A DNA stretch of 64,000 bases, from contig CM052817.1 in the NCBI GenBank assembly GCA_028534125.1, forward strand, positions 108,626,001 through 108,690,000, read 5' to 3'. The notes under the pieces are model-generated. The model worked only from the letters and a program-made list of their open reading frames with translations, had not been told where the DNA came from and did no database searches. The stretch comes from Lama glama. Lineage: Eukaryota. Numbering within the stretch: position 1 is the stretch's first letter; each line of letters opens with the position of its first letter. Positions 23,944 through 35,980 of the stretch are shown one piece after another. The position numbers were made by a program, and so were the translations under genes.

Positions 23944-24405
23944 GAGCTTAGATTAATTTGCATTTTAAAATACTGGAGCGGGGAATGGATAGAATTTGGT
24001 AAGTTGCCAAGACTGTTTGAAAATAAATAAATTAGCCTGTCATTCACTCGGATCATTGGAGGTGCCAGTAAGAAGCAGCACATGGGAACAGGTGTCCAAA
24101 TCCAGGCATTAATAATCCCTAACCCTTATTTTGGGAAACGTGAGCCTAGCTCAGAAGATCGTAAAGCACCTTGAAAAAAGAGACGTGACAGCTTCCTGAC
24201 AGAGCGATTTGCTGTCCTGTAGGAACACGTGCTATTTATTGTGACGTTCTGGTTAGATTATCTTTAAACTCAGTTCCATACACTTGTATAAATACATGGA
24301 TATTTTTATGTACAGAAGTATATCCTTTAACCAGTTTGCTTATTGTACTCACCGGCAACTGAGAGGAAAATCAGTTAAATACTTTGCTTGTAAAATGCTT
24401 AATAT

Positions 24406-24905
24406 NNNNNNNNNNNNNNNNNNNNNNNNNNNNNNNNNNNNNNNNNNNNNNNNNNNNNNNNNNNNNNNNNNNNNNNNNNNNNNNNNNNNNNNNNNNNNNN
24501 NNNNNNNNNNNNNNNNNNNNNNNNNNNNNNNNNNNNNNNNNNNNNNNNNNNNNNNNNNNNNNNNNNNNNNNNNNNNNNNNNNNNNNNNNNNNNNNNNNNN
24601 NNNNNNNNNNNNNNNNNNNNNNNNNNNNNNNNNNNNNNNNNNNNNNNNNNNNNNNNNNNNNNNNNNNNNNNNNNNNNNNNNNNNNNNNNNNNNNNNNNNN
24701 NNNNNNNNNNNNNNNNNNNNNNNNNNNNNNNNNNNNNNNNNNNNNNNNNNNNNNNNNNNNNNNNNNNNNNNNNNNNNNNNNNNNNNNNNNNNNNNNNNNN
24801 NNNNNNNNNNNNNNNNNNNNNNNNNNNNNNNNNNNNNNNNNNNNNNNNNNNNNNNNNNNNNNNNNNNNNNNNNNNNNNNNNNNNNNNNNNNNNNNNNNNN
24901 NNNNN
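24406..24905. other. Assembly gap (500 N)
   Basis: Run of exactly 500 N. Confidence 1.
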
Positions 24906-24928
24906 ATTAAAAATGGATTGAATCACCA

Positions 24929-24975
24929 AATAAAAGAATGCAGCTATTCCAGGGAGAAACTGAGTGTGTGTTTGC
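24929..24975 (+). terminator. Polyadenylation signal AATAAA with downstream GU-rich element
   Basis: AATAAA at 24929-24934 and tgagtgtgtgtttgc at 24961-24975, at canonical spacing. Additional hexamers: ATTAAA at 24906 and AATAAA at 25002. Confidence 0.7.
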
Positions 24976-25543
24976 AGAATCTGTCTCTTAAACTCCAAGA
25001 AAATAAAAGTGATAAAGTTTTGTGTTACCAAGATTTTTATTACACAAAATTATTTTTATTACACACAAAAAAAATTATTATGCCAAAAAAATGTATTGTG
25101 AGAAAAAAACTTTATCAATTCAAAAAATTGGCAGAAAAGTGAGCCCTTTCATTAAAACTTTGCTGTCTCTTGGCTTCAGGGCTTTTGAGCAGTAGTTTTG
25201 TTTTTCTCCATCATCTTGATGCTGACTTTTTGTTTAAATTAAATGGCAGCGACTTGGAGTTGTGTGTGATGAATGAAATGCTTGGTGATAGCTCGTATGG
25301 CAGTATGAGGCTGGGGGAGAACCCTGTCGCCTTCTACTCATGTCTTCATTAACAAGGGCTGAGACTAGGTGGGGTGAGTGCAGGTCCGTCTCGAATATGA
25401 ACCCACACGCTGTACCCAGGACACCTCAAGGTGGGTGCCGCAGTTTCAAATGCAGATCACTAGACAGGCAGGTGGGTAGGCAGGTGTCTTCAGCACCTGA
25501 GCCTTGCCTTTGACCTTGCCTGCCACTTCTCAGTTTTGAAGCT

Positions 25544-26897
25544 TACTGCAAAGCCATAGAAACAGTGTGGTAAGGCTAATAAGTTTACACATACAGAGAA
25601 TTGAGAGTCCAGAAATAAACCCTTAGGTTTATGGTCAATTGATTTTGACAAGGGAGCCAAGACACTTCAATGGTGAGAGAGTACTCTTTTCACCAAATGT
25701 TGCTGGGACCACAAGTTATCCACATGCAGAAGAATAAATCTGGACCCTTACCTCACACCATACACAGAAATTAATTCAAAATGAATCAAAGATCTAAAAT
25801 ATAATTGATAAAACTGTGAAACTCTTAGAAAGGAGAAAACTCTGATGGCCTTAGATCAAGTGGTCATCTCCCAGCTATGACACCAAAAGCACACATGACA
25901 AAAAGAAAAATAGATAGACTGGACAGTCTAAAAATTAAAAAAAAAAACTTGTGTACTTCATTGGACACCAAAAATAAAATGAAAAGACAAACCACATAAT
26001 GCGAGAAAATTTTGCAATTCATATTCTGAAGACAGTCTATTTAGAGTATATAAAGAACTCTTATAGCTCAACAGTAAAAAGGTAAGTAATTCAATTGAAA
26101 AGTGAGCAAAGGGCTTGATTACACATTTCCAAAAGAAAAAAAAAAACACACAGATGGCCAAAAAGCTCATGAAAAGGTAGTCAGTATTATTAGTCATTAG
26201 GGAAACACAAATTAAAATCCTGAGATAATCACTTTACTCCCCCTGGAATGGCTAGAATCAAAAAGGCAAACAATGGTGAGGATGTGGAGAAACTGGAACC
26301 CCATACATTACTGGTCTGATTGTAAAATTTTGTGGCCATTTTGGAAGACAGTTACTCAGTTCTTCAAAATGTTAAACCCAGAGTTAATATGCAAATCAGT
26401 AATTCCACTCCTAGGCATGGAGTTAAGAAAGTTGAAAATCCTGCACATGAAAGTTCATAACAGTTTTCATAATAGTCAAAAATAGAAACCACCCAAAGGC
26501 CCATCAACTAATAAATGGATAAATAAAATGTAGTCTACCCATACAAACGGAGTATTTGTAAGCAATAAATTTAAATGAAGTACTGATACAAACAGTATGG
26601 GTGAACCAGGGAAACATACTTGGTAGAAGAAGCTATTCACAAAAGGCCACAGAATGGATAATTCCACTTGTGTGAAATGTTAAGGACTGACAAATCTATC
26701 GAGGAAGGAAGTAGACTAATGTTCTTCCCATGGCTAGTGGAAGGGGTAAATGGGCAGTGACTACTAACAGGTTTTCTCTTTGGAGTGATGACAATATTCT
26801 TAAATTAGATAGTGGTCAAAGTTGTTTGGATATGCTAAACCTACTGAAGTATACACTTCAAAAGGGTGAATATTTTTGTATTTGAATTATACCTCCA
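25544..26897 (+). mobile_element. Old L1M (L1MB-like) ORF2 3' half and 3' UTR
   Basis: gagagtccagaaataaacc...tggtcaattgattttgacaagggagccaag...tggacccttacctcacaccatacacagaaattaattcaaaatg...ttcaaaagggtgaat...gaattatacctc. Many stops and frameshifts. Confidence 0.88.
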
Positions 26898-27085
26898 TGT
26901 AGTCATTTCTTTTTAATTAGAACTCCAGAATTTTTTTCATTCATATACTACAGTATTTAAGAAACAAAGCCCCTCCTCCTGAAAAATAAAAGGAATAAAA
27001 GAAATTATCTAAAATGCAGTCACCTAGTCCACACCATCTCTGTCCACTCTCTGGTAGGTCAGTGCATAGATAAATGAGTGGACAG

Positions 27086-27480
27086 TGTGATGGAATTCCC
27101 AGGCTCACATTGGTCCCTGGTAGTGACAGTTGATGTCTACACCTTTGCCATGGCTTAATGGTGGTTGGGGGATGTTTTCTCATCTGAAGTTGGTCTTTGC
27201 CTCATCTTGGTCTAACCAGCAGGATGAAGGTGCCTATGACAGGTGCCGTATGCTGGCACAGGTGGGTCTGGTCTCTTTGCTGTCATCACCAGGAGAAAAA
27301 AGTAGTCCAGAGAAACACAGGTCCCAGAAGACTCCTGCCACAGATCTGAACCCAGTCTCTGCCATGGGGTCACATCCTGTGGAGTCCAGGCAACCCCCAT
27401 GCTCTTGGCTGAGAAATGGATGATTCTTGTTATAAGCTGCTGGCAGCTTGAGGATGTTTGTTATGCAGCATTAACTGACA
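27086..27480 (+). mobile_element. MaLR (MLT1-type) LTR
   Basis: 3' end ttgttataagctgctggcagcttgaggatgtttgttatgcagcattaactgaca matches the MLT1 terminus. The 5' boundary is uncertain. Confidence 0.6.
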
Positions 27481-30400
27481 GTGGTGACCAATACATATTA
27501 GTTCCTTTAAGATATTTTAGTGAAACTCTCATATATACCTTCACTTGGAACTTACGAACAAAAAAAATTGAAATGGAACAGAAAAAAATGTAATTTGAAA
27601 ATGTTTTATCAACCTAAGAGATAGCCCTTCTAAACATTCTCACTAAAGTTGTGAAAAAATGATGTTGAAAACATTAAAAGCACAGAATCATTTGCTAAGC
27701 ACTGGATTCTATTTCAGTCAGTGTCTATTTTGTTATTAAGAAGAGGAAATAAGCACTTGGACATACAGCCCACCTCTTCAGTACTATCGTCACTGTTGTT
27801 TATTTATTTTATGTTTTAATAAACATATAAGTAATACAAAACATTAAAACCATTTTACAAAAGTGTCTCATGTTTGTATTTTAATAAACTTTTATAACTT
27901 GAAGCACTTTGGGAAATTTTCTTCTGTTCTTTCGGTTATTTTTGTTTCCAGACTTCACTCTCTTCTCTCCTTCCTTCATTCCCCCCTCCTTTTTGTTTTT
28001 ATGGAGTTATTTGTATAATTTCCATGCCTTTAAATTTTTTTTTATTATTTACATAATGCATAGTTTATGGCCAAACTATTGTTTACTCTATGTGGGAAGG
28101 TTGAATTCTTGATTCCAATATTACTTTTCAAAAACTTGTTTGCCAAACGGAACTACAGTTTGAGGATTAAACTTACATTCAGTTTAATTTTCTGTTTCTT
28201 GTGGAGGCAGGAGGTCAAGAGGTCTTGGAGAAATGTGTAACCTCTGGTGAGAGAATTCTGCTCATCCCTCTTACAAAATCTCCCTTGGTGGGATTCACTC
28301 TGGGGGAAGCATGCACACGTTCTTCATGGAGTGGGGAAGGGAGATGGATTTCAGGTCTTATTCATGACTCAGCGTAAAGACCTTGAGGCTGTACTTTCAT
28401 GTGAGGGCATGGGTCCTCACCCTGCAATTTGCATGTTTCATCTGACTCCCCAGAAATCATTCCCCACCCCTCGCTTCATGCACAATAGAGAGAGGATAAT
28501 GGCACCTTCTCTGACTGCTGCTCTTTAAAGTTAGCCGTATTCGTGAGGATGCTTACACGTTAATTTCAGTACTATATCTGGAAAGAGAAGTTCGAATGGG
28601 GATTATCCTAAGCCTCACCAGAAGCTACTCTTCCTCTCTAAAACCGCCATTAATGTAGCATAAAGTACATCTCTTTCATTGGATGCTATTAGCAAATGAG
28701 CCTTTTGTTGGAATTTTCTTCCTGAGGTTCCACTCCCCTTTGCTGTTATTATCCTGGTGTTAGAAAATATTTTAATACCATAAATTGTTATGATCCTAAC
28801 AATAATTTAATTTTTGCTTACATACTTATTTTTGCAACTGAAATAAGCTATTCCCATTTTATACTTATAAACTAAATACTATGGGACCCTATAATAGTTT
28901 TTGAATTCTGCATTTACCTTTTGTTACACATTTAACTATCAAAAGTATTACTACTGCTCAGTACCAGGTAGGTGGTGGATGTTTTGCCCATTTGTTGAGA
29001 AAACTGAGCTCTTACCCTAGTCTCATTTGTTACAAGGCTTTCCACAGAACTCAGGTAGACAAACAATAATTTTCTAACCTAAATTTAAAATAATTCTGTA
29101 CAAGTGTTTTTTTGTCTCATATTTAGGAAAAAACAAAACTATTATACATTTTGTAATGGTCTTAAATCCGTTTAATAAGTACATACCTTACAAAGGAGTA
29201 CAAAATTTAATTCTTTTTAAAGAGCTTAGTATCACTTCCTTAAGTGATACCTCCAATATAAGTCAAATTCATGACAACCCACTAAATGTGATTTGAGCTT
29301 CCTGTTAACCAAAAGAACTCCTAGGGGAAAAAACAATCAGTTTTAATACAGTTATTTGAAAAGTACTTGCAGGATTTACTGATAGACAAGTAACTCTAAT
29401 GACATCCCAGATGGAGAGAGAGAGGTATATAAAATATCTTTTGTATATTATAACCTGACACAACTAAAATGTTTATATATTCAATAATAGTAAGCAATAG
29501 ATAAATTTTGAGCATCAATCCCTCCAAAATCCAGACAGTAAGATATATCCCTAGTGTCCTATATTTAATACCTCCTAATGCAGATGCTAATTTGTTTAAA
29601 GAGAGTACGAATGGCCAGATTTCCAGCCTGGCAGTCTCCATTTCAGTGAGCATTCAGACCTCAGCACCTGTAGGTTGTGTATCTCTGGAAAGAAGTCAAT
29701 TACAAGGAAAGAAAGCAGTGCCTTGTTTTCATCCTAAAGCTGTGATCTGAATATGTGATTTGCCAGAATTTGAGCAGAAGTAGGAGGGAGCAAGCTGGAA
29801 GTGCTTCCTCCAACTCAGCTCATGGAAACCCTGGAGCTTAAGGGGCTACTGTCCTCAACCACCGTGAGATGAAACTGACCAGAAGCAAAAAGTATCAAAT
29901 GAGGAGACTTATATTGACCAATCATATCCTAAATATCTTTAGAAGTCTTCTAGAAGACATGACGATTCAACCAGTGAATTTTGATTACCATCATACGTTT
30001 TGATAACTCAATGTACAGGATTTGCTAAATCAAAATCTTCCTGTATTGCATAGGCTTATGTGCTTTGACAATACATTGTGTCATCACTGTGGAATAAAGG
30101 CATACAAATTGTTATCAACAAGACATACATCTTGTTTCAGTCTTAAGTGGCATGGTAATCAATTAGAGTGATTTGTTTTTAAACAGATCTTTATCCAAAG
30201 ATACTTTGCAATGATTACTTTTGTGTAAAGTTTCTCTTAAGTTTTGCAGCTGGAGATTGAGTCAGGAAGTGAGAGTGTGATGTGACTGAATAATTACTCG
30301 ATGTCACACACAGACATGTAAAAATGCTTGAAGAAAATTACAAGGCTCATATTTGGTTTCTCTTCATGAGAGAAGGCAACTATTTTGCATCCACATGCAT

Positions 30401-31593
30401 CTGCTTTTACAATTAGCCTATGAATAAACACAATCTGTGTTCTTATCTCCGTAAAGCAAGCTTCATTTTTCAGTCTTGAACTCTATCCAAGGTATTGCCC
30501 AGTGTCTGTTTAGGAACACCTAGACCGTGGGTGCCCAGCCCAAACCTGGAATCAAAACAAGTCACAAAGCCCTATACCCTCCATCCCCAGGCTGCTGCTG
30601 TCTATCAGACATGATGAGATGTGTGAAGTCCTCAGTGAGCCCACTCGTCACCCTGTGGTTACAGCTGATACAGTCTTGGCTCAGAGACACTTAGATGCTC
30701 TGATGAGGAATGGTTTGAACCTTCCAGCCCAGCTTCACTCCTCAAGTTTCACAGGCAGCCTTCAGTCATCCCACAGGAGTAAATTCATCAATAACCTCAG
30801 CCTAAGATCTCATACCCAATAATTGTTCAATGAATTTTGAATAAGTGAATTTAAAAGTCAAAATTCAAATTACTTTCCTAAGACCTCTCATGGTTCCAGT
30901 TGGTCAATGAGATGATTTAATCAGTTTGATCACATGTAACCCACAGTTAAGTACCTAGATAGTGTCCTGTTTCTATCACAGGTGCAAATTTCTGATATTT
31001 CTCAGAAACCTATCCAACCCCCCAAAAAAAACCCACTAAGTTTCCGTTTTGTTTACTTAACAAGTTGACTATAAAATTGGTTCCTGGAGCGAAGATCTGT
31101 ATGTTAATTTCTCCAGTTGATGAATGTGAAAGATCATTCAGTTAAAACTATCCTTCGAGGTCATCAAGTCTTCCGTACAAGAGCCAGTTTTAAAACAAAA
31201 CCTGACTGTTAGAAACTTCTACTTCTTTCCTTCATATTTAGATCTGTGAGTAGTTTTGGCTAGATGATCTCTGAGATTTCTCCCAGCACTTACACTGACA
31301 ACTCCATTTGAAAACCTTCAACAGAGAGGGAAGACCCTACTCACTGGGTCAGGATTCCTCTGGACACTTCAGAAAACATTTCCCTGTAACTTCCACCCAT
31401 CAGTTCAGGTTTTACCTTTGTAACAATTAAAAAGATTCTCTTCTTCTTTTCTTCTTTCTAAGAGATCCCTGTACTTTTTGAAGCATTCTTGTCAATCTCC
31501 TGCTGCCTCCAGTTGCAAGCCATTTAACAGTGTCACCAGATCACTGGCCAGAGATCCCTTCCAGTACCTGTGAAAGGTATATATCCAGATGTG

Positions 31594-31714
31594 TTTTTTT
31601 TTTAATTTTTATCTGTTTTTGTTTTCTATTATTTTTAATGGAGGTACTGGGGTTTGAACCCAGGACCTTGTGCATGCTAAGCATGTGCTCTACCACTGAG
31701 CTCTCCCCTCCCCC
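31594..31714 (-). mobile_element. tRNA-Ala-derived SINE (vic-1 type)
   Basis: aatggaggtactggggtttgaacccaggaccttgtgcatgctaagcatgtgctctaccactgagct. Flanking direct repeat ccagatgt at 31585 and 31718. Confidence 0.92.
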
Positions 31715-34408
31715 AAACCAGATGTACTTGGAGGTGGATCTAGGAACTATAAAGGTGAAGAATGAACAAATTCAACTTTTGTTACAACATATCCATGGAG
31801 AACTTCTCCCTGAAGATACACGTCCTCATCCTGCCTCTCAACAGGCTTTTTAGTTTCAGAATGTGTTGTTTACTGACGATGTGATATTGGAAAGTTACTG
31901 TTTTCGGGGATGCTTGCATCTGAGCATCACTTTATTGTATCTTTTGGTAGAAAGAAGTATTTAGACATGCATCTGAAATTTCAGTGCCAACCAGTGGGAA
32001 AACAGGACTCAATTATAGAATCTTCTCAGAAAATCAGCATAATTCTCAATTTCCATGAGTTCCTATTCCAAGAGTCTACTACAGAAATCTGTTTATCTAT
32101 TTTAAGGCTTAGACAAAAGAGCTCTTAGACTGAGGTCCATGAACGCACTTGAAATTCCCTGTGAACTTCAGGAGGTGTACATGGACAGTTTGTAAACACG
32201 CATACACTTTTCCAACATTGTCAGAGGACTTGGCTCACAAAAGTTTAGGGATCCGTGACGTCACAGAGGAAGCTGGAAAACAATGCAGTGATGGAGTTTA
32301 AATTTCTTAGTTTCTGCGGAATGAGAATAAACGTGACTCTAAGTTCAAGTGCGCCGTAGACCTGCTCTGTTGGAGGCGGCCATGCGGGGGAGGCGGGCAG
32401 TCTCCCTCAGAGACCATCTCCTGGAACAGTACTGCTGTTGTTAACTGGTATTTAGCACCAGTGAAAGCCCGTGGGAATCCGGCTCACAGCCGAACTACAC
32501 AAAAATTTAAAGTTTGAGGATGCTTCAGTGCAAGGTGAAGTTGCCTTCCAGGACTACAGGAAGATTCTCATGGATTAAGTTGCCAGATGCATGTCAGTGA
32601 TAATTACTAGGAAAGAAAACAGAACCTTCTTTGGTGAAATTATGGGGGAGATGACAGGGCGTACAACAAAAGCTTAAGCACATTAACCTCTGGTCCATTC
32701 CGAGATCACCTCCAACATCGCGACCACCTAATTTTCACATTACCCCTCCCAGCCTCCCAAACCGTAAGAAAGCAGCCCTCACCATGTGCTCAGAAGAAAA
32801 CCATATGGCTCAGGCAACATAGTCCATATTTAGAATAGGATAAAATAGGGAAAGGATTCTTGCCTGAGAGTGACCCCAGACGGTTCTAACTTCCTAGTAA
32901 GTTGTGTCCCTGATACGGGATGTTCTACAAGTTAGAATTTGGTTTCGTATTTGTTTCAAAAAATGCACACACATCCTTCAAAACCAGTCCAACATAAAAT
33001 GTACATGGGATATTTAATTTTTCAACATTTGAAGCATATGTGTCAACTCCAAGAAGGGTCTCCCTTGATAAAACCTACCTCCGAATGCAAATTTCAGAAG
33101 CCTTGATTACATTTTATGAAGGAAATATTTTTCCTCACCTTAACTTTTGGCATAATTATTTTCCATTACCTCTTATAAATTTGGTCTCATAATGTTAACA
33201 ACTTCCCCCTCTTTTTTTGCTCTTCATATTGTATGATGAACATTTTCCCCATGATATTGAAATTTCATCATTGAATTGAACGGTTTCATCATATTCCAAT
33301 GCATGGATATACCATCACTTAGATCTTCTCCTTCAGTTAAAATTGCATGTATAACTTTTTGTTATTAAAAAATTTCAAAGGTGAGCACCTTTGAATCTAC
33401 TGATGAATTGATTTCTATGGTAAATGTGATGGTGGCTGGATTATAAACCCACTGTGAACAAATTATAGCAAAACACACGAGCATGGTTTCTTGGTAGTGA
33501 CAATGGTGCAAATGAGGCAGGTAGTGTTTTTGGAGAGGACGTTATCTCTTGTTTTACTGATTTTTCTTCAGCCCAATCTCTGTTATTCATGGATAGAGAC
33601 ACCTTTTCCTACAGCTTAAATTGTGCCCACTATCAGGGCAATATCAAGGAAGCAATAAAATGAAGTTGCTTGATCTCTTTGGGGCATCTTTATTACACAA
33701 AGATTCCATCTACAATGGAAGTTAATTTTTTTAAATAAATGTTTAATAATCCATATGTCTCTCGTATGCAGATTGTTAACCCCAGTACAAAATTTTCTCT
33801 TTTGTTTCTTAGAAAATGCTTTAATTTAAGTAGGGGACCAATTGCCAGGCTGGTTTTGCTCTCTGTTTAGCTTGACGGTTTTTATTATTAATTTAATGAA
33901 ACCAAGTCGATTAAATTATCTGGTGACTTGGATCACGTTTATCATGGAGTTGTTGTTAGATTCCTGCCACTAATACGGGAGCAAAACAACCTGCATTTTC
34001 CCTGAAGTTTATTGGAGATGCTGTCTTCCCCTTCTAAGTCATGGAGGGAAGTAACTGTGTATTTGTGTAGCTCTTGGAGCAGCAGCTAGACCTAATCTGG
34101 CCCCTAATACCAAAGACACACAGCTTAAACTTAAAAGGCCTATCGTAGCTTGACAGTGAAGAATTGTCAACCTCAAAGAGAATGAGGAGAAAAAGAGTTT
34201 CAACCACCACGAGAAACAGGCCCTGGCTATAAAAACGTCCCCTCCAAAATCCTTGCACCTTTGCACTCACAAGTTGTTGTGGTTTTAATGCCAAAGATAA
34301 AAAATAAAAAAAAACTACCTCAGTGTTTTGCACAAGCAGCCCTGAGGAAGAAAAACAGCTTTATGACCATATGTGGTCATTAATGTTCCATTCATAAAAG
34401 AGACCAGA

Positions 34409-34428
34409 CACACACACACACACACACA
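34409..34428. repeat. (CA)10 microsatellite
   Basis: Read directly from the sequence. Confidence 0.95.
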
Positions 34429-34629
34429 GACACCCAGCCTGAACATATGTGTAATCATTTTAAAACTGCGTCTGACATTTAATGGATACTGAATGAATAT
34501 GTGTTCTTGACTGGTTGACTAAATGGAATAAATACATTAAAAATGTGAACATAACCGAGAATATCCTGAGAGTTTACCCGGGGTAAATAAATGTAATGCT
34601 CTAAAATATGCACATTTAAAAAAAAAAGC

Positions 34630-34813
34630 AGGGGTGGCGGGGGAGAGGCAAGAGGAAAGTTCTGGAGCTGATGGGTGTGTTTATCACCTTAATTGTGACC
34701 ATGGTTTCAAGGGTGCACACACAGGTTCCGCCCCAGCAAAGTGTAGACATTAAATATATGCTTGTTTTTCATATATCAGTGACACCTCAGAAAAGCTGTT
34801 AACAAAATAAAAA
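34630..34813 (+). mobile_element. Old L1M 3' terminus
   Basis: gaggaaagttctggagctgatggg...atcaccttaattgtgaccatggtttcaagggtg...acattaaatatatgc...cacctcagaaaagctgtt. Confidence 0.7.
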
Positions 34814-35689
34814 ACTGAGAAACCCAGAGTAAATACGTTCAATTCTCTAAAGCATCCACATTTAACGTTTCCTTGACAAAACCTTCCAGAATCTGTGTTT
34901 CATCTTAAGGAACTCAAGTGTGCCTTGGGTCACACACACAGATTAAACCAGGTGTGTAGAGTGCACTGTGCACCCAAGTTTGTCTCTTTGGCATCTTTTG
35001 TGTTGTTTTCTCCCACTGTATCTCATTCTTTCCTGTGTCATGTTTACATCTTATCTGAAATCCTGCAAGCACAGTCTAAGACCTAAAAGAGAAGTGTTTC
35101 AAGTTTTGGACTCCTTTGATTTTTTTTTTTATTCCCGTTTCTCAGTGCAATACCATGGCGAGGGACACTTTCTAATTAGGAGAAACGGATACATTTTTTT
35201 CCATTAGAGCACTTCATTATTAGACATGACCAGAAGGAGTGAAATTGAAAATATTGTATTTCTAGGAGAATTTCCTTTTCTCCTTTATACCTCAGTGAGT
35301 CACAGGATTGCTTCATTTCCCTTAAGAAAAGTTTGGAAGCAAGTAAGAGCCTCTGTGAAAGAGGTTTCAGCTCTGAAATCTGCGTTTCCCACAGGAAGCT
35401 ACGTTCTGAATGCACTTTCATGGGGGATTGGTCCCCCTGTCTCGCTGATGGAAAAATATCCCTTCCTAATTTATGATCTTAAGATACCCGACAGTGTAGC
35501 TGGATCTGTGATTATAGCTTTTAAATATGTTCCGTTCTGGGCAGCTGTTAAGTAGCTTCGTTTAAAATACCAGTTACTCTAAATATTCTCTAATTAAAGC
35601 ATCAAGTTGTGATTAAATTCAGGATCACATCTTCTCAGTAACCCTGCTCAAGAGGACTTGGGCGCTACCAGCGCCACCTTCACCACTTA

Positions 35690-35980
35690 GACAATCTCTT
35701 TTCCGAACGACCAGGAGTCCTTATGTTTTGGAATGCAGACCGTTTCAGATTCCTGGAAGGCAAAATAGTGGGACATATTCTGGATATTATTATCTGGGGC
35801 AACACCCCAGACTCCAGCACTTTAAAATTTAGCAGAACGGATGAAGATGAACGTAATAGATAAATACTACAAATAGCCTGATGTCTGCTCGGCTTATGTG
35901 TTTCTCCCTATTAAGCTAAGTTCAAGTCAGATTTTGTGGCCAAATGAATTTTAAAAGTCCTCTGGGTTTCAGAATTTTTT
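35690..35980. mobile_element. Possible Tigger/MER46-like DNA transposon relic
   Basis: ttccgaacgaccaggagtcc...ttttggaatgcagaccgtttcagatt...gggtttcagaattt resembles TcMar-Tigger relics. No clear TIRs. Confidence 0.3.

Larger units (their letters stand above)
23066..24960 (+). other. PDGFC: PDGFC 3' UTR (interrupted by an assembly gap)
   Basis: Follows the stop codon. The AU-rich distal part (about 23450-24405) resembles the mammalian PDGFC 3' UTR as I recall it. Ends near AATAAA at 24929 with a downstream GU-rich tract; the end coordinate is approximate. Confidence 0.8.

Noticed and set aside
24284..25142. ORFs spanning N gaps (also 39019-39255 and 47162-47818)
   Set aside because: Artifacts of translating N as X.
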